Below are positions 45,883 through 54,689 of a DNA stretch of 63,831 nucleotides, piece after piece; positions within the stretch are counted from its first letter, which is position 1, and every line of letters begins with the position of its first letter. A model generated the notes under the pieces. The model saw nothing but the letters and a program-made list of their open reading frames with translations. It had not been told where the DNA came from and made no database searches. Position numbers and translations under genes: made by a program. Origin of the DNA: an uncultured Gemmatimonadota bacterium (GTDB lineage: Bacteria > Gemmatimonadota > Gemmatimonadetes > Gemmatimonadales > GWC2-71-9); NCBI GenBank assembly GCA_902826755.1, contig CADEGB010000001.1, forward strand, positions 1-63,831, in the 5' to 3' direction.

Positions 45883-46289
45883 ACCGCCCGGGTCTCGCGA
45901 TCAGCCTGCTCTGCTGCCTCGGCTGCGGCCCGAAGCCCGACGCTACCGTTGCCCTCCCGGCCGACCAGCCCAGCACCGCGGGCAGGCGCGACGAACCCCC
46001 GATCCCGCTCAATCCCGACGCCCCGGTCCAGTACCCGGCCGCCTTGGCCGCCCAGCGCATCGGTGGCTCGGTCATCCTCAGGTTGTTTCTCGACTCGACC
46101 GGCCGCGCCGTGCCAGAGTCCACCGCCATTCAGGAATCGAGCGGCTATCCGGCGCTCGATTCCGCCGCGCTGGCCGCCGCCCCCCGTCTCCGGTACGCTC
46201 CGGCGCTGCGCGACGGCAAACCCATCGCGGTCCCGTTCCTGCAACCGCTCAACTTCCGCCCCCCTCCCGGTGGAGCGACTCTTCCATGA
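45879..46289 (+). CDS. TonB C-terminal-domain lipoprotein
   Basis: The lipobox is LLCCLGC. The TonB_C-like core reads PVQYPAALAAQRIGGSVILRLFLDSTGRAV...SSGYPALDSAALAAA..LRYAPALRDGKPI. The GTG overlaps the mutS stop. Confidence 0.7.
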   Translation: MNRPGLAISLLCCLGCGPKPDATVALPADQPSTAGRRDEPPIPLNPDAPVQYPAALAAQRIGGSVILRLFLDSTGRAVPESTAIQESSGYPALDSAALAAAPRLRYAPALRDGKPIAVPFLQPLNFRPPPGGATLP

Positions 46290-47674
46290 CCCGTCAGCAC
46301 CTGAAGCCCTACGACTCGGTCCTCGAGACGATCGGCTGGACCCCGCTCATTCGGCTGTCCCGGATCGGACAGGGCATCCGAACCCCGATCTACGGCAAGG
46401 CGGAATACGCCAATCCGGGCGGGTCGGTCAAGGATCGGATCGGGCTCGACATCATCGAGGCAGCCGAACGGAAGGGCGACCTCAAACCCGGCGGGACGAT
46501 CGTCGAAGGAACCTCCGGGAACACGGGCGTGGGCCTGGCCCTCGCCGCCGCCCTCAAGGGCTACCACTGCATCTTCACGATGCCGGACAAGATGTCACAG
46601 GAAAAAGTCCGCCTCCTCAAGGCGTACGGGGCCGAGGTCGTCATCACCCCGACCGCCGTGCCCCCGGACCATCCCGACAACTACGTCAACAAGGCCAAGC
46701 AGATCGTCCACGACACGCCTGGCGCCATCCTGGCCAACCAGTTCTACAACCAGACCAACCCGGAGGCGCACTATCGCACCACCGGTCCGGAGATCTGGGA
46801 GCAGACTGGCGGGCGAGTCACCCACTACGTGGCCGGGGCCGGCACCGGTGGCACCGTGAGCGGGGCGGGACGATTCCTCAAGGAAAAGAACCCCCGCATC
46901 AGGGTCATTGGCGGCGACCCGGTCGGCTCCCTCTACACCGGCTATTCGAAGACCAAGACGACCGGCGAAGGAGCGCCCTACAAGGTCGAGGGCATCGGCG
47001 GTGACAAAATCCCATCCACTATCTGGTGGGACGTGATCGACGAGTTCCGCCAGATCCCCGACAAGGAGGCCCTCGGCGTGGCCCGCAGGCTCGCCCGGGA
47101 AGAGGGGATCCTGGTGGGGGGAAGCGCCGGCCTCAATGTCGCCCTGGCCATGCAGATTGCTCGGGAGGTGGATGATCCCGAGGCCTGTATCGTCACCATC
47201 CTGTGCGACACCGGGGAGCGCTACTTGTCCAAGGTCTTCAACGACGAATGGATGCAGGAAAACCAGCTGCTCGACGTCCCCCGCCTTTCGGTCGAGGACC
47301 TGATCGCCCGCCGGACCAGGGGGGCCCCGGCCCTCGTCAGCCTGGCCCCAGCGGCGCAGGTACGCCAGGCGCTGAACCTGATGAGCACGTGGGGGGTGAG
47401 TCAGATTCCGGTCCTCGAGAACGGCGACTGCGTTGGCGGCCTGATCGAGGCGTCGCTGATGACCAGGGCCCTGGCCCAACCTGCCCTGCTCGATCGCCCG
47501 GTCCGGGAAGTGATGGATGCGCCGTTCCCCGTGGTCGACGCTGGATTCCCGATCGACCGGCTACCCCCGATGCTGACGCGGGAAACCCCCGCCACCCTGG
47601 TCCAGAAGGGTGGCAAGCTCATTGGTATCATCAGCCGCTATGACCTGCTCCAGCAGTTGATCGGGACTCGATGA
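46286..47674 (+). CDS. Cystathionine beta-synthase-type PLP enzyme with a C-terminal CBS-domain pair
   Basis: Motifs are PGGSVKDRI (PLP Lys), GTSGNTGVGLA and GAGTGGTVSG. Two CBS motifs follow (MSTWGVSQIPVLENG and LVQKGGKLIGIISRYDLL). Confidence 0.85.
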   Translation: MTRQHLKPYDSVLETIGWTPLIRLSRIGQGIRTPIYGKAEYANPGGSVKDRIGLDIIEAAERKGDLKPGGTIVEGTSGNTGVGLALAAALKGYHCIFTMPDKMSQEKVRLLKAYGAEVVITPTAVPPDHPDNYVNKAKQIVHDTPGAILANQFYNQTNPEAHYRTTGPEIWEQTGGRVTHYVAGAGTGGTVSGAGRFLKEKNPRIRVIGGDPVGSLYTGYSKTKTTGEGAPYKVEGIGGDKIPSTIWWDVIDEFRQIPDKEALGVARRLAREEGILVGGSAGLNVALAMQIAREVDDPEACIVTILCDTGERYLSKVFNDEWMQENQLLDVPRLSVEDLIARRTRGAPALVSLAPAAQVRQALNLMSTWGVSQIPVLENGDCVGGLIEASLMTRALAQPALLDRPVREVMDAPFPVVDAGFPIDRLPPMLTRETPATLVQKGGKLIGIISRYDLLQQLIGTR

Positions 47675-48684
47675 AAGTCACCGTCCTCACCGGCGGGACG
47701 TCGGCCGAACGGGACGTCGCCATCGCCTCGGCGGTTCAGGTCGTCGCGGCCCTCCGCGGGCGCGGCCACCGGGTCGCGGTGGTCGACACGGCCCGGGGGT
47801 TCATTCCTGAAGCGGACGAATCGAAGCTCCTCAGCCCCGCCGTCGGAACCACGCCGCCGTCGATCGAGCATCTCGTTGACCTCGAACGCGGCATCCTCCT
47901 GTCGGGATTGGCATCGCTTCCCGTCGTCAGGGATGCCGACGTGCTGTTCCTGGCCCTCCATGGAGGCCGCGGAGAGGACGGAACCCTCCAGGCCGTGCTC
48001 GACGTGCTCGAGGTCCCGTACACCGGCAGCGGCGCCCTCGGCAGCGGCGTGGCCATGGACAAGGACCTGTCCAAGATCCTCTTTCGGGCGGCCGGCATCC
48101 CCACGGCCGACTGGCTGATGGCCCCAGTGGACGAACCGACCGTCGCCAAAACGCTGGGCTGGCCCGTCGTCGTCAAACCAAGCAAACAGGGGTCCACCGT
48201 CGGTCTCAGCGTCGTGAAGGTCCCGGCCGACCTCCCGGCAGCCCTGGAACTGGCCGCCCGATACGACGACGAGGTCATGATCGAGGCCTTCGTCCCGGGC
48301 CGGGAACTCACTGTCGGAATCCTGGACGGCGAGGCCCTCGCGGTCGGGGAGATCATCCCCCGGCACGAGATTTTCGACTACGAGTGCAAGTACACCCCGG
48401 GAATGGCCGAAGAAATCTTCCCGGCCAGGCTCCCGGCAGAGATTGCCGCGGAGTGCCGACGCCTGGGAATTGCCGCCCACCGGGCCCTCAAGCTTGGTGG
48501 TTACAGCCGGGTCGATTTTCGTCTTACTCCGGAGGGCCGGCTCAGCTGCCTCGAGGTCAATACCCTGCCGGGGATGACAGCGACCAGCCTGATGCCCCAG
48601 TCCGGCCAGGCAGCCGGAATTCCGTTCCCCGACCTCTGCGAGCGCATTTGCCTCGCGGCTCGGGCCCGTAGTAAGGTTAGGTAG
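47671..48684 (+). CDS. ddl: D-alanine--D-alanine ligase
   Basis: Motifs are VLTGGTSAERDVA, LHGGRGEDGTLQ, VVKPSKQGSTVGLS and EVNTLPGMT. The ATGA overlaps the upstream stop. Confidence 0.93.
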   Translation: MKVTVLTGGTSAERDVAIASAVQVVAALRGRGHRVAVVDTARGFIPEADESKLLSPAVGTTPPSIEHLVDLERGILLSGLASLPVVRDADVLFLALHGGRGEDGTLQAVLDVLEVPYTGSGALGSGVAMDKDLSKILFRAAGIPTADWLMAPVDEPTVAKTLGWPVVVKPSKQGSTVGLSVVKVPADLPAALELAARYDDEVMIEAFVPGRELTVGILDGEALAVGEIIPRHEIFDYECKYTPGMAEEIFPARLPAEIAAECRRLGIAAHRALKLGGYSRVDFRLTPEGRLSCLEVNTLPGMTATSLMPQSGQAAGIPFPDLCERICLAARARSKVR

Positions 48685-48689
48685 CGAGT

Positions 48690-49523
48690 ATGACCGAGCC
48701 CAGAGCCACCAAAGCAACGCCGTGGGTAGTCCGGCTGCTGGCCCTCAACGGGGCGGTTCTGTTGCTGCTCGCCACCGTGTTCACCGCCCCTCGGTTCGTC
48801 GACGCCCTCACGTTCGATCCGGCCCGCTTCACCTCCCGGCCCTGGACGGTCCTCACCTACCTGGTCGTCCATACCGACCTGATTCACCTGGCCCTCGTAT
48901 CGCTGCTGCTGTACCTCTTCGGCCCTCCGGTCGAGCGCCGGCTCGGCAGCAGACGCTTCATCGCCTACTATCTCTACTGCGGCATCGGGGCGGCCCTCGG
49001 AGCCTTGGCGGTTTCTGCGGTCCTCCGCGTCGACCCGTTCGTCGGCGCCTCCGGATCGGTCTACGGTGTCGGTCTCGCCTTCGTGCTCTTCTGGCCCAAG
49101 GCCCAGGTCCAGATCTTCCCGCTTCCCGTCGCCGCCACCGCCCGCAATCTCTTCCTCACCCTCCTGGCCATCGACATCGTCCTCGGCCTCTGGGGACAGG
49201 ACGGGATTGCCCACTTTGCTCACTTGGGCGGGGCATTGGCCGGCTACGCGTTTTTCCGGCTCCAGTCGTTGACGACCCGCCGGCCACCCGTTCGGGCCGT
49301 CCCGGTTCGCCGCCCGGTCGTCACGCCGATGCGCGTCCAGGAAACGGTCTCCGAACTCCGGCCGGCCGCTCCCATCGGCGACGGTCTGCCTGAGATCAGT
49401 GATCAGGCGGTCGATCAGCTGCTCGACAAGATTTCCCAGTTCGGAATCGCCAGTCTGACGTCCCAGGAGCGTCGCTACCTGAGCGAAGCCGCCGAACGGA
49501 AGCGCCGAGACCGCCACGAATAG
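48690..49523 (+). CDS. Rhomboid-family intramembrane serine protease with a C-terminal cytoplasmic extension
   Basis: GASGSVYG carries the catalytic Ser and HLGGALAGY the catalytic His. There are six TM-like segments. Confidence 0.85.
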   Translation: MTEPRATKATPWVVRLLALNGAVLLLLATVFTAPRFVDALTFDPARFTSRPWTVLTYLVVHTDLIHLALVSLLLYLFGPPVERRLGSRRFIAYYLYCGIGAALGALAVSAVLRVDPFVGASGSVYGVGLAFVLFWPKAQVQIFPLPVAATARNLFLTLLAIDIVLGLWGQDGIAHFAHLGGALAGYAFFRLQSLTTRRPPVRAVPVRRPVVTPMRVQETVSELRPAAPIGDGLPEISDQAVDQLLDKISQFGIASLTSQERRYLSEAAERKRRDRHE

Positions 49524-49568
49524 CGGTGGCACCTTGATTTTCGACGCGGGACGTCCGCATCTTGTCCC

Positions 49569-50513
49569 GTGCTCATCAATCTCCTCCCGGAATTCCTCGA
49601 AATCCTCGGGTCCTCGAATCGAGAAGCCGCGTACCAGCGGTATCTCGAGACCCATCGGGCGGTGCTCTCGGCGTACTGGGGTAACTACGTCCTCGATCTC
49701 GAGAGTCCGCACGCCGCGGAGGTGATTGCCACCACGCTTCGCGCCGACCGCACCGATCTCAAGGCCCTGCTCCAATCGGTCCCGGTCTCGAGCCTGGTCG
49801 AGGAGGCCATCGCCCGGGCCTCTGAAGTTCTCCAGATCGACCGGCCGACCGACGTCTACCTGATGGTGGGGGTCGGGGCCGCCAACGCCGGTGAACTGGT
49901 CGTTAACGGCCGGGGCGTCGCCTTCATCTGCGTGGAGCACTTCACCGGTCGGGTCAACCCGACCACGTTCGGCCTGGGCCTATCACCCGAGCTGATTCCC
50001 CTGTGGATCGGTCACGAGTTGGCGCACACGGTGCGATACACCTCGCCCGACAGCGCCAGCGACCTCAAACGCTTGGTCGCCGAGCTGGGCGGCAACTATG
50101 ACTACTGGATGACCGCGGCCCGGGCACCGCTCCGCGAGCTGCTGGTCAACGAAGGCCTCGCCGTCCACGCTGCCCGCCAAGTCGCCCCGAACCACGAAAT
50201 CGCCGACTACTTCGGCTATCCCAAACGGCAGTTCCAACGCCTCCGCGAACTCGAAGCCTTCCTCCGCCGGGCGGCCCACCACGATCTCGACCGGTCCGGC
50301 ATCGGCCTTCGCCTCCGGTTCCTCTCGTCGGGCATGAGTCCCGGTTCCCGCCTGGCCCTGGGACGGGTCCTCCCGGAACGGTCCGGCTACTACCTCGGCT
50401 ACCGAATGGTCGAGTCGCTCGTAGCCGAACGAGGCATCGCCGCCGCGCTCCGGGCTCCGGCCCTCGAGTTCGAGGCCGCCGAGGAAGCGGCCCGGGACGT
50501 CAAGACGGCCTGA
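49569..50513 (+). CDS. Putative zinc-dependent protease, DUF2268-like (HExxH...NEGxA)
   Basis: IGHELAHTVRY is followed 43 aa later by VNEGLAVHAA. The start is GTG. Confidence 0.6.
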   Translation: MLINLLPEFLEILGSSNREAAYQRYLETHRAVLSAYWGNYVLDLESPHAAEVIATTLRADRTDLKALLQSVPVSSLVEEAIARASEVLQIDRPTDVYLMVGVGAANAGELVVNGRGVAFICVEHFTGRVNPTTFGLGLSPELIPLWIGHELAHTVRYTSPDSASDLKRLVAELGGNYDYWMTAARAPLRELLVNEGLAVHAARQVAPNHEIADYFGYPKRQFQRLRELEAFLRRAAHHDLDRSGIGLRLRFLSSGMSPGSRLALGRVLPERSGYYLGYRMVESLVAERGIAAALRAPALEFEAAEEAARDVKTA

Positions 50514-50519
50514 CGTGGC

Positions 50520-50723
50520 ATGCCGGATGGGGTCGTGGTCACCGTCAAAGCGAAGGGGTCCATCGTCATCGAGGGGCCCATCGACCTCCGGGATCAGGAC
50601 GGAAACCCGATCCAGCCGCCGCCGGGTAAGAAGCCCGGTTCGATCAAGCTCTGCGGCTGCGGCCTGAGCCTGTCGAAGCCATTCTGCGACGGGAGCCACA
50701 ACCCGACCCCCAGAGCTCCCTGA
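50520..50723 (+). CDS. CDGSH-type iron-sulfur domain protein
   Basis: CGCGLSLSKPFCDGSH matches CxCx2Sx3PxCDGSH exactly. Confidence 0.85.
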   Translation: MPDGVVVTVKAKGSIVIEGPIDLRDQDGNPIQPPPGKKPGSIKLCGCGLSLSKPFCDGSHNPTPRAP

Positions 50724-50726
50724 GGC

Positions 50727-52055
50727 TTATTTCCCGACGCAGAACCGCTCGAAGATCGCCCCCAGCACCTCCTCGATGTCCACGACCCCGATCAGTTCGT
50801 CCAACGCCGCCACGGCCCGTCGCACGTGATGAGCCCCGAGCACCGCATCGCCGTCGCCGTCGAGGTGCGGGATTGCCTCAACGAGCTCCCGATCCGCGTC
50901 CGTCAACGCGACCCGATGCCGTTCTCGCGTTAACATCGGCTCGAGATCGGCAAATCGTTCGATGTCCCCAAACAGGCGGTCGACGACCGCCCGGACCAGG
51001 CCTGGCAGACCGGCGCCGGTGGTCGCCGAGACCAGGAGACCGTCGGCGCCGGGATGGAGGTCAGCCTTGGTCCGCACCACGATGGTCGCTCCGGCAGCGG
51101 CCAAGACGGTCTCCTCATCATCGAGGGGCCGGCCCGCCTCGACGCACAGGAGCGTCAGGTCGGCCGCGGCCAGGTACCTCCGACTCACCGCCACGCCGAG
51201 GCGCTCGATCCGGTCGGTCGAGTCGCGGAGGCCGGCGGTGTCAGCCAGTCGGACCGGCCACCCGTCGAGGTCGAGATCGGCCTCGATCGTGTCCCGGGTG
51301 GTTCCTGGCTCCTCGGTCACCAGCGCCCGCTCGACTCGGAGCAGGGCGTTGAAGAGGGACGACTTCCCAGCGTTGGGACGGCCGGCCAGCACCACCAACG
51401 CGCCACGTCTCACCCGTTCCCCCAAATGGGCCGTGCCGAGCAGGTTGTCGATCCCCGCCCGAACGGCTCCAAGCAGCGACTGAATGGCCTCGCGATCGAC
51501 GGGCCCGTCGTCCTCCTCCGGGAAGTCGATGTCATAGCTGAGGAGCGCCAACAGGTCCACCAGCTGCTCGCGAAGGTCGGCCAGCCGCCGCGAAAGCCCG
51601 CCGTCGAGCTGACGAAGCGCGCCACGCCCCTGGGCCCGCGTGGTGGCATCGACCAGATCGCCGACCGCCTCCGCCTGAATCAGATCGAGCTTGCCGTTCA
51701 GAACCGCGCGGCGGGTGAACTCACCAGGCGCGGCCGGCCGGGCCCCGGCCGCGTGAAGTGCGGCCACCAGCTGGCCAGGCACGAGGAAGCCCCCGTGACA
51801 GCTGAACTCCACCAGATCCTCGCCGGTGTAGCTGCCGGGGCCGGGGAAAAAGGTGACCAGCCCCCGGTCGATCGGGGTGCCGTCGCTTTCGTGGAATGTC
51901 GCGAGGATGGCCCGGCGGGGGAGGATCGATGGGTCCTGATCCCATCCGAGCACCCGCCGGGCCGCGACGAAGGCGTCGCGGCCCGAGAGGCGAACGACCG
52001 ACAGCGCGGAACGACCAGGAGCCGTCGCGATGGCGGCGATGAGATCGGACAGCAT
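50727..52055 (-). CDS. mnmE: tRNA modification GTPase MnmE
   Basis: Motifs are IAAIATAPGRSALSVVRLSG, the G1 motif GRPNAGKSSL and DTAGLR. The C-terminus ends in CVGK. Confidence 0.95.
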   Translation of the reverse strand: MLSDLIAAIATAPGRSALSVVRLSGRDAFVAARRVLGWDQDPSILPRRAILATFHESDGTPIDRGLVTFFPGPGSYTGEDLVEFSCHGGFLVPGQLVAALHAAGARPAAPGEFTRRAVLNGKLDLIQAEAVGDLVDATTRAQGRGALRQLDGGLSRRLADLREQLVDLLALLSYDIDFPEEDDGPVDREAIQSLLGAVRAGIDNLLGTAHLGERVRRGALVVLAGRPNAGKSSLFNALLRVERALVTEEPGTTRDTIEADLDLDGWPVRLADTAGLRDSTDRIERLGVAVSRRYLAAADLTLLCVEAGRPLDDEETVLAAAGATIVVRTKADLHPGADGLLVSATTGAGLPGLVRAVVDRLFGDIERFADLEPMLTRERHRVALTDADRELVEAIPHLDGDGDAVLGAHHVRRAVAALDELIGVVDIEEVLGAIFERFCVGK

Positions 52056-52088
52056 GGCGAGGGCAACCGTCCCGCCACCGCCCGGCGG

Positions 52089-53789
52089 TTACTTCTTGCC
52101 CGACCCCTTCGGAGGAGCGGGCGGCGGTACCGAGCCGGTCAGTGACGCCTTTTTCATGCGCTCTTTGGCGACGAGCCACTGCTGCGGAATGCTCGCCAGG
52201 TTCTGGACCGCGTAATACAGGTTCAGGCCAGCCGCGAACTTCAGGAACAGGACCAGCATCATGATCGGCATGAAATACAGCATCATCTTCATCTGCGGAT
52301 TGGCCGGGAGGCCGATCTGGCCGATCTTCGTCACAGCGAACATCGAGCCAGCCATGACGATTGGGATGATGTACCACGGATCGGCGCGCGAAAGGTCCGG
52401 GACCCAGAGGAACGCCTGCCCCCGCAACTCGATCGAATTCTGGAATACGAAAAACAGCGCGATCAGGATCGGCCACGGCAACAGGACCGGCCAGCACCCG
52501 CTGAACGGGTTGACGTTGTTTTCCTTGTAGAGCTTGAACATCTCCTGCTGGAGCCGCTGCGGATCGTTCTTGTACTTCTCCTGGATTTCTTTCAGCGTCG
52601 GCTGGATGGCCTGCATCGCCATGCTGGCCCGCATCGCCCGCTGGTTGAGCGGCCAGAGGACCAGCCGAATCAACACGCCAAAAACCACCAGACCAAGCCC
52701 GTAGGCCAAGCCGGCCTGCTCATGGAGCCAGACCAGCAGCCAGCGGGCACCGACCGCCACCGGCCGGATGACCGGCCGGAGCCAGGCCCAGCCATAGGGG
52801 TTGATGTCGTCGAAGCCGTACCCGATCGCCTTGAGTCGGGGATACTCCATCGGCCCCACGTACAGCGAATAGCCGAGGGTCCCGTCGCTCCCGATCGTCA
52901 GGCTGGCCCAGAGATCGGCCGTTTCCGGGGTCTTTCTCACCCGATCCGTGGCCATCGCCTGGATCCCGCCGATTCGGCCGCCCACCGCCCGGGCGCTGTC
53001 GGGCGCGAGTAGCGCGGCCACGAAGTACTTCGATTTGACGCCCACCCACTCGAATGGCCCCGCCAGAACCTTGCTCTGGCCCGGCTTGAGTTCGGCAAAC
53101 CGGGTCAGGTTCGAGCGGGAGTCTTTGGTGACCACACCCAACTCGCGGCTGTGCTCTACACTGTCAGACTCGGTGTTGCGGAGACCAGGACCGATCCCGA
53201 TGAGCAGCGTTCCGCCGGTCGGCCCCAGCCCGCGGACTCGGCCGGACACTTCGATCCGATAATCCGTAGGCACGAACGTGTACCGGAGATCCACTCCCAC
53301 CACGCTGTCGAGCGCGGCCGACAACTCGAGCGACGCTCCCGACGCCCCGACCTGAACGTCACGAGTCGGGGCGGTGAAGGTCAGGTTGCGAAGCGGAATC
53401 GTGTCACGCCCCACCAGCAGCGCGAGGGTGAGAAAATCGCTTTCGGGCCGAAGGATCTGGGCGGTCTGGCCCTTCTCATCCGGACGCATCGACTGGTAGT
53501 TCTCGAGTCGGGCCGCCACCAGCCGGCCGCCTCTGGTCGAGAATGTGTAGCGATAGAGCGGGGACGAAACCTCGATCGAGTCCTCGACGACCGCTTCCGG
53601 GAGATCGGCGGACAACCGAGTCGGCGTCGTGCCAGGACCGGCGTCCACCGACGGCGGCGTGGCCACGGCGGTAGCCGGAGCGGCGGCCGTCGGTCTGGGA
53701 ACCGGACGCTTCTGTTTCGGAAGAAAAATTGGCGGGAGAATCAGCACGGCCATCATCAAAACGATGGCCAGGACGAAGCGACGATCCAT
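52089..53789 (-). CDS. yidC: Membrane protein insertase YidC
   Basis: It has an N-terminal TM and a large periplasmic domain. The conserved core reads MQAIQPTLKEIQEKYKNDPQRLQQEMFKLYKENNVNPFSGCWPVLLPWPI. Confidence 0.95.
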   Translation of the reverse strand: MDRRFVLAIVLMMAVLILPPIFLPKQKRPVPRPTAAAPATAVATPPSVDAGPGTTPTRLSADLPEAVVEDSIEVSSPLYRYTFSTRGGRLVAARLENYQSMRPDEKGQTAQILRPESDFLTLALLVGRDTIPLRNLTFTAPTRDVQVGASGASLELSAALDSVVGVDLRYTFVPTDYRIEVSGRVRGLGPTGGTLLIGIGPGLRNTESDSVEHSRELGVVTKDSRSNLTRFAELKPGQSKVLAGPFEWVGVKSKYFVAALLAPDSARAVGGRIGGIQAMATDRVRKTPETADLWASLTIGSDGTLGYSLYVGPMEYPRLKAIGYGFDDINPYGWAWLRPVIRPVAVGARWLLVWLHEQAGLAYGLGLVVFGVLIRLVLWPLNQRAMRASMAMQAIQPTLKEIQEKYKNDPQRLQQEMFKLYKENNVNPFSGCWPVLLPWPILIALFFVFQNSIELRGQAFLWVPDLSRADPWYIIPIVMAGSMFAVTKIGQIGLPANPQMKMMLYFMPIMMLVLFLKFAAGLNLYYAVQNLASIPQQWLVAKERMKKASLTGSVPPPAPPKGSGKK

Positions 53790-53813
53790 GATTGGCGCCG
53801 GCGTGATCAGTCG

Positions 53814-54074
53814 TTACGGAACCGGGTCATATCCGCCCGGATGGAACGGGTGGCAGCGAACGATCCGTTTGAGACCCATCCAGCTTCCTCGCACCAGACC
53901 ATACCGCTCCACCGCTTCCAGGGTATACTGCGAGCAACTCGGGCTGAACCGGCATCGCGGAGGAAAGGCGGGCGAAATGAACCGCTGATAGCCGCGAATC
54001 AACGCGACCCCGAATCGCCGCGGCCATCGGACGGCGGCCGCTAGTCCTTCCGCGGCGCCTTCGTTGCCAACCAC
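53814..54074 (-). CDS. yidD: Membrane protein insertion efficiency factor YidD
   Basis: The core reads [58 protein letters not shown]. The start is GTG and the gene overlaps the rnpA 3' end by 34 nt. Confidence 0.9.
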   Translation of the reverse strand: MVGNEGAAEGLAAAVRWPRRFGVALIRGYQRFISPAFPPRCRFSPSCSQYTLEAVERYGLVRGSWMGLKRIVRCHPFHPGGYDPVP

Positions 54075-54394
54075 CCAAGCACCTCCGACCGGAGTTCATC
54101 GACCGACGCCAGATAGGCCTCCCGGCGGACCCGGATTACCATATCGACCGGTCCCAACCCAGGTAGTCCCGCGCGTCGGACGATTTCTTTCAGCCGCCTC
54201 CGTAAACGATTGCGGGCCACCGCGCTCGACTGGAACCTCGGGACGACCAGTCCCAGTCTCGGGTGACCCACGTCGTTGACGGACCACAAGATGTCGAGGA
54301 CAGCCGCTCGGTGCCGCTTCCCTCGACCCAACACCCGCCGGTAATCGTCCGACCCCGCCAGCCGCTGCCGCCGCGGGAATCGCTCGGACGACGT
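54041..54394 (-). CDS. rnpA: RNase P protein component. The 5' boundary is uncertain: the first canonical start is GTG at 54334, but the conserved N-terminus is encoded upstream of it.
   Basis: [25 protein letters not shown] is the RNR motif. Codons 54379-54335 encode [15 protein letters not shown], which with the V of the GTG codon at 54334 makes [16 protein letters not shown]. This aligns residue for residue in spacing with E. coli RnpA (FPRELRL...GHPRIGL, 37 residues from F to GH in both). Confidence 0.85.
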   Translation of the reverse strand, partial: TSSERFPRRQRLAGSDDYRRVLGRGKRHRAAVLDILWSVNDVGHPRLGLVVPRFQSSAVARNRLRRRLKEIVRRAGLPGLGPVDMVIRVRREAYLASVDELRSEVLGWLATKAPRKD

Positions 54395-54555
54395 TAGCGA
54401 CCCCCGTCCTTCGAGGCGATCGTTAACGTAAGCCGTTTCCGGCCCTTCTTACGGCGACGAGCCAGGGTTTCCCGGCCCCAACGGGTCGCCATTCGGGCAC
54501 GAAACCCGTGCTTATTGACCCGCTTCCGGTTCCGCGGGCGATAAGTCGGTTGCAT
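54394..54555 (-). CDS. rpmH: 50S ribosomal protein L34
   Basis: My own translation is [53 protein letters not shown]. The gene is too short for the ORF track. It is divergent from dnaA, as in most bacteria. Confidence 0.9.
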   Translation of the reverse strand: MQPTYRPRNRKRVNKHGFRARMATRWGRETLARRRKKGRKRLTLTIASKDGGR

Positions 54556-54623
54556 ACAAGTCCCCAAGACTTCAAGTGAGCCTGGAAAAGTATCAGACCC
54601 TACCCACTCCGGTCAAGGTTGAC

Positions 54624-54632
54624 TTTTCCACA
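54624..54632 (+). promoter_or_regulatory. DnaA-box-like 9-mer upstream of dnaA
   Basis: TTTTCCACA matches the TTATCCACA consensus at 8 of 9 positions. It lies 58 nt upstream of the dnaA ATG. Confidence 0.5.
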
Positions 54633-54689
54633 CCCCGGTCGTAAGATCGTCGCCCCTTCGCGGCTCCCCTTGGTTTTTTTCGAGGCGAA

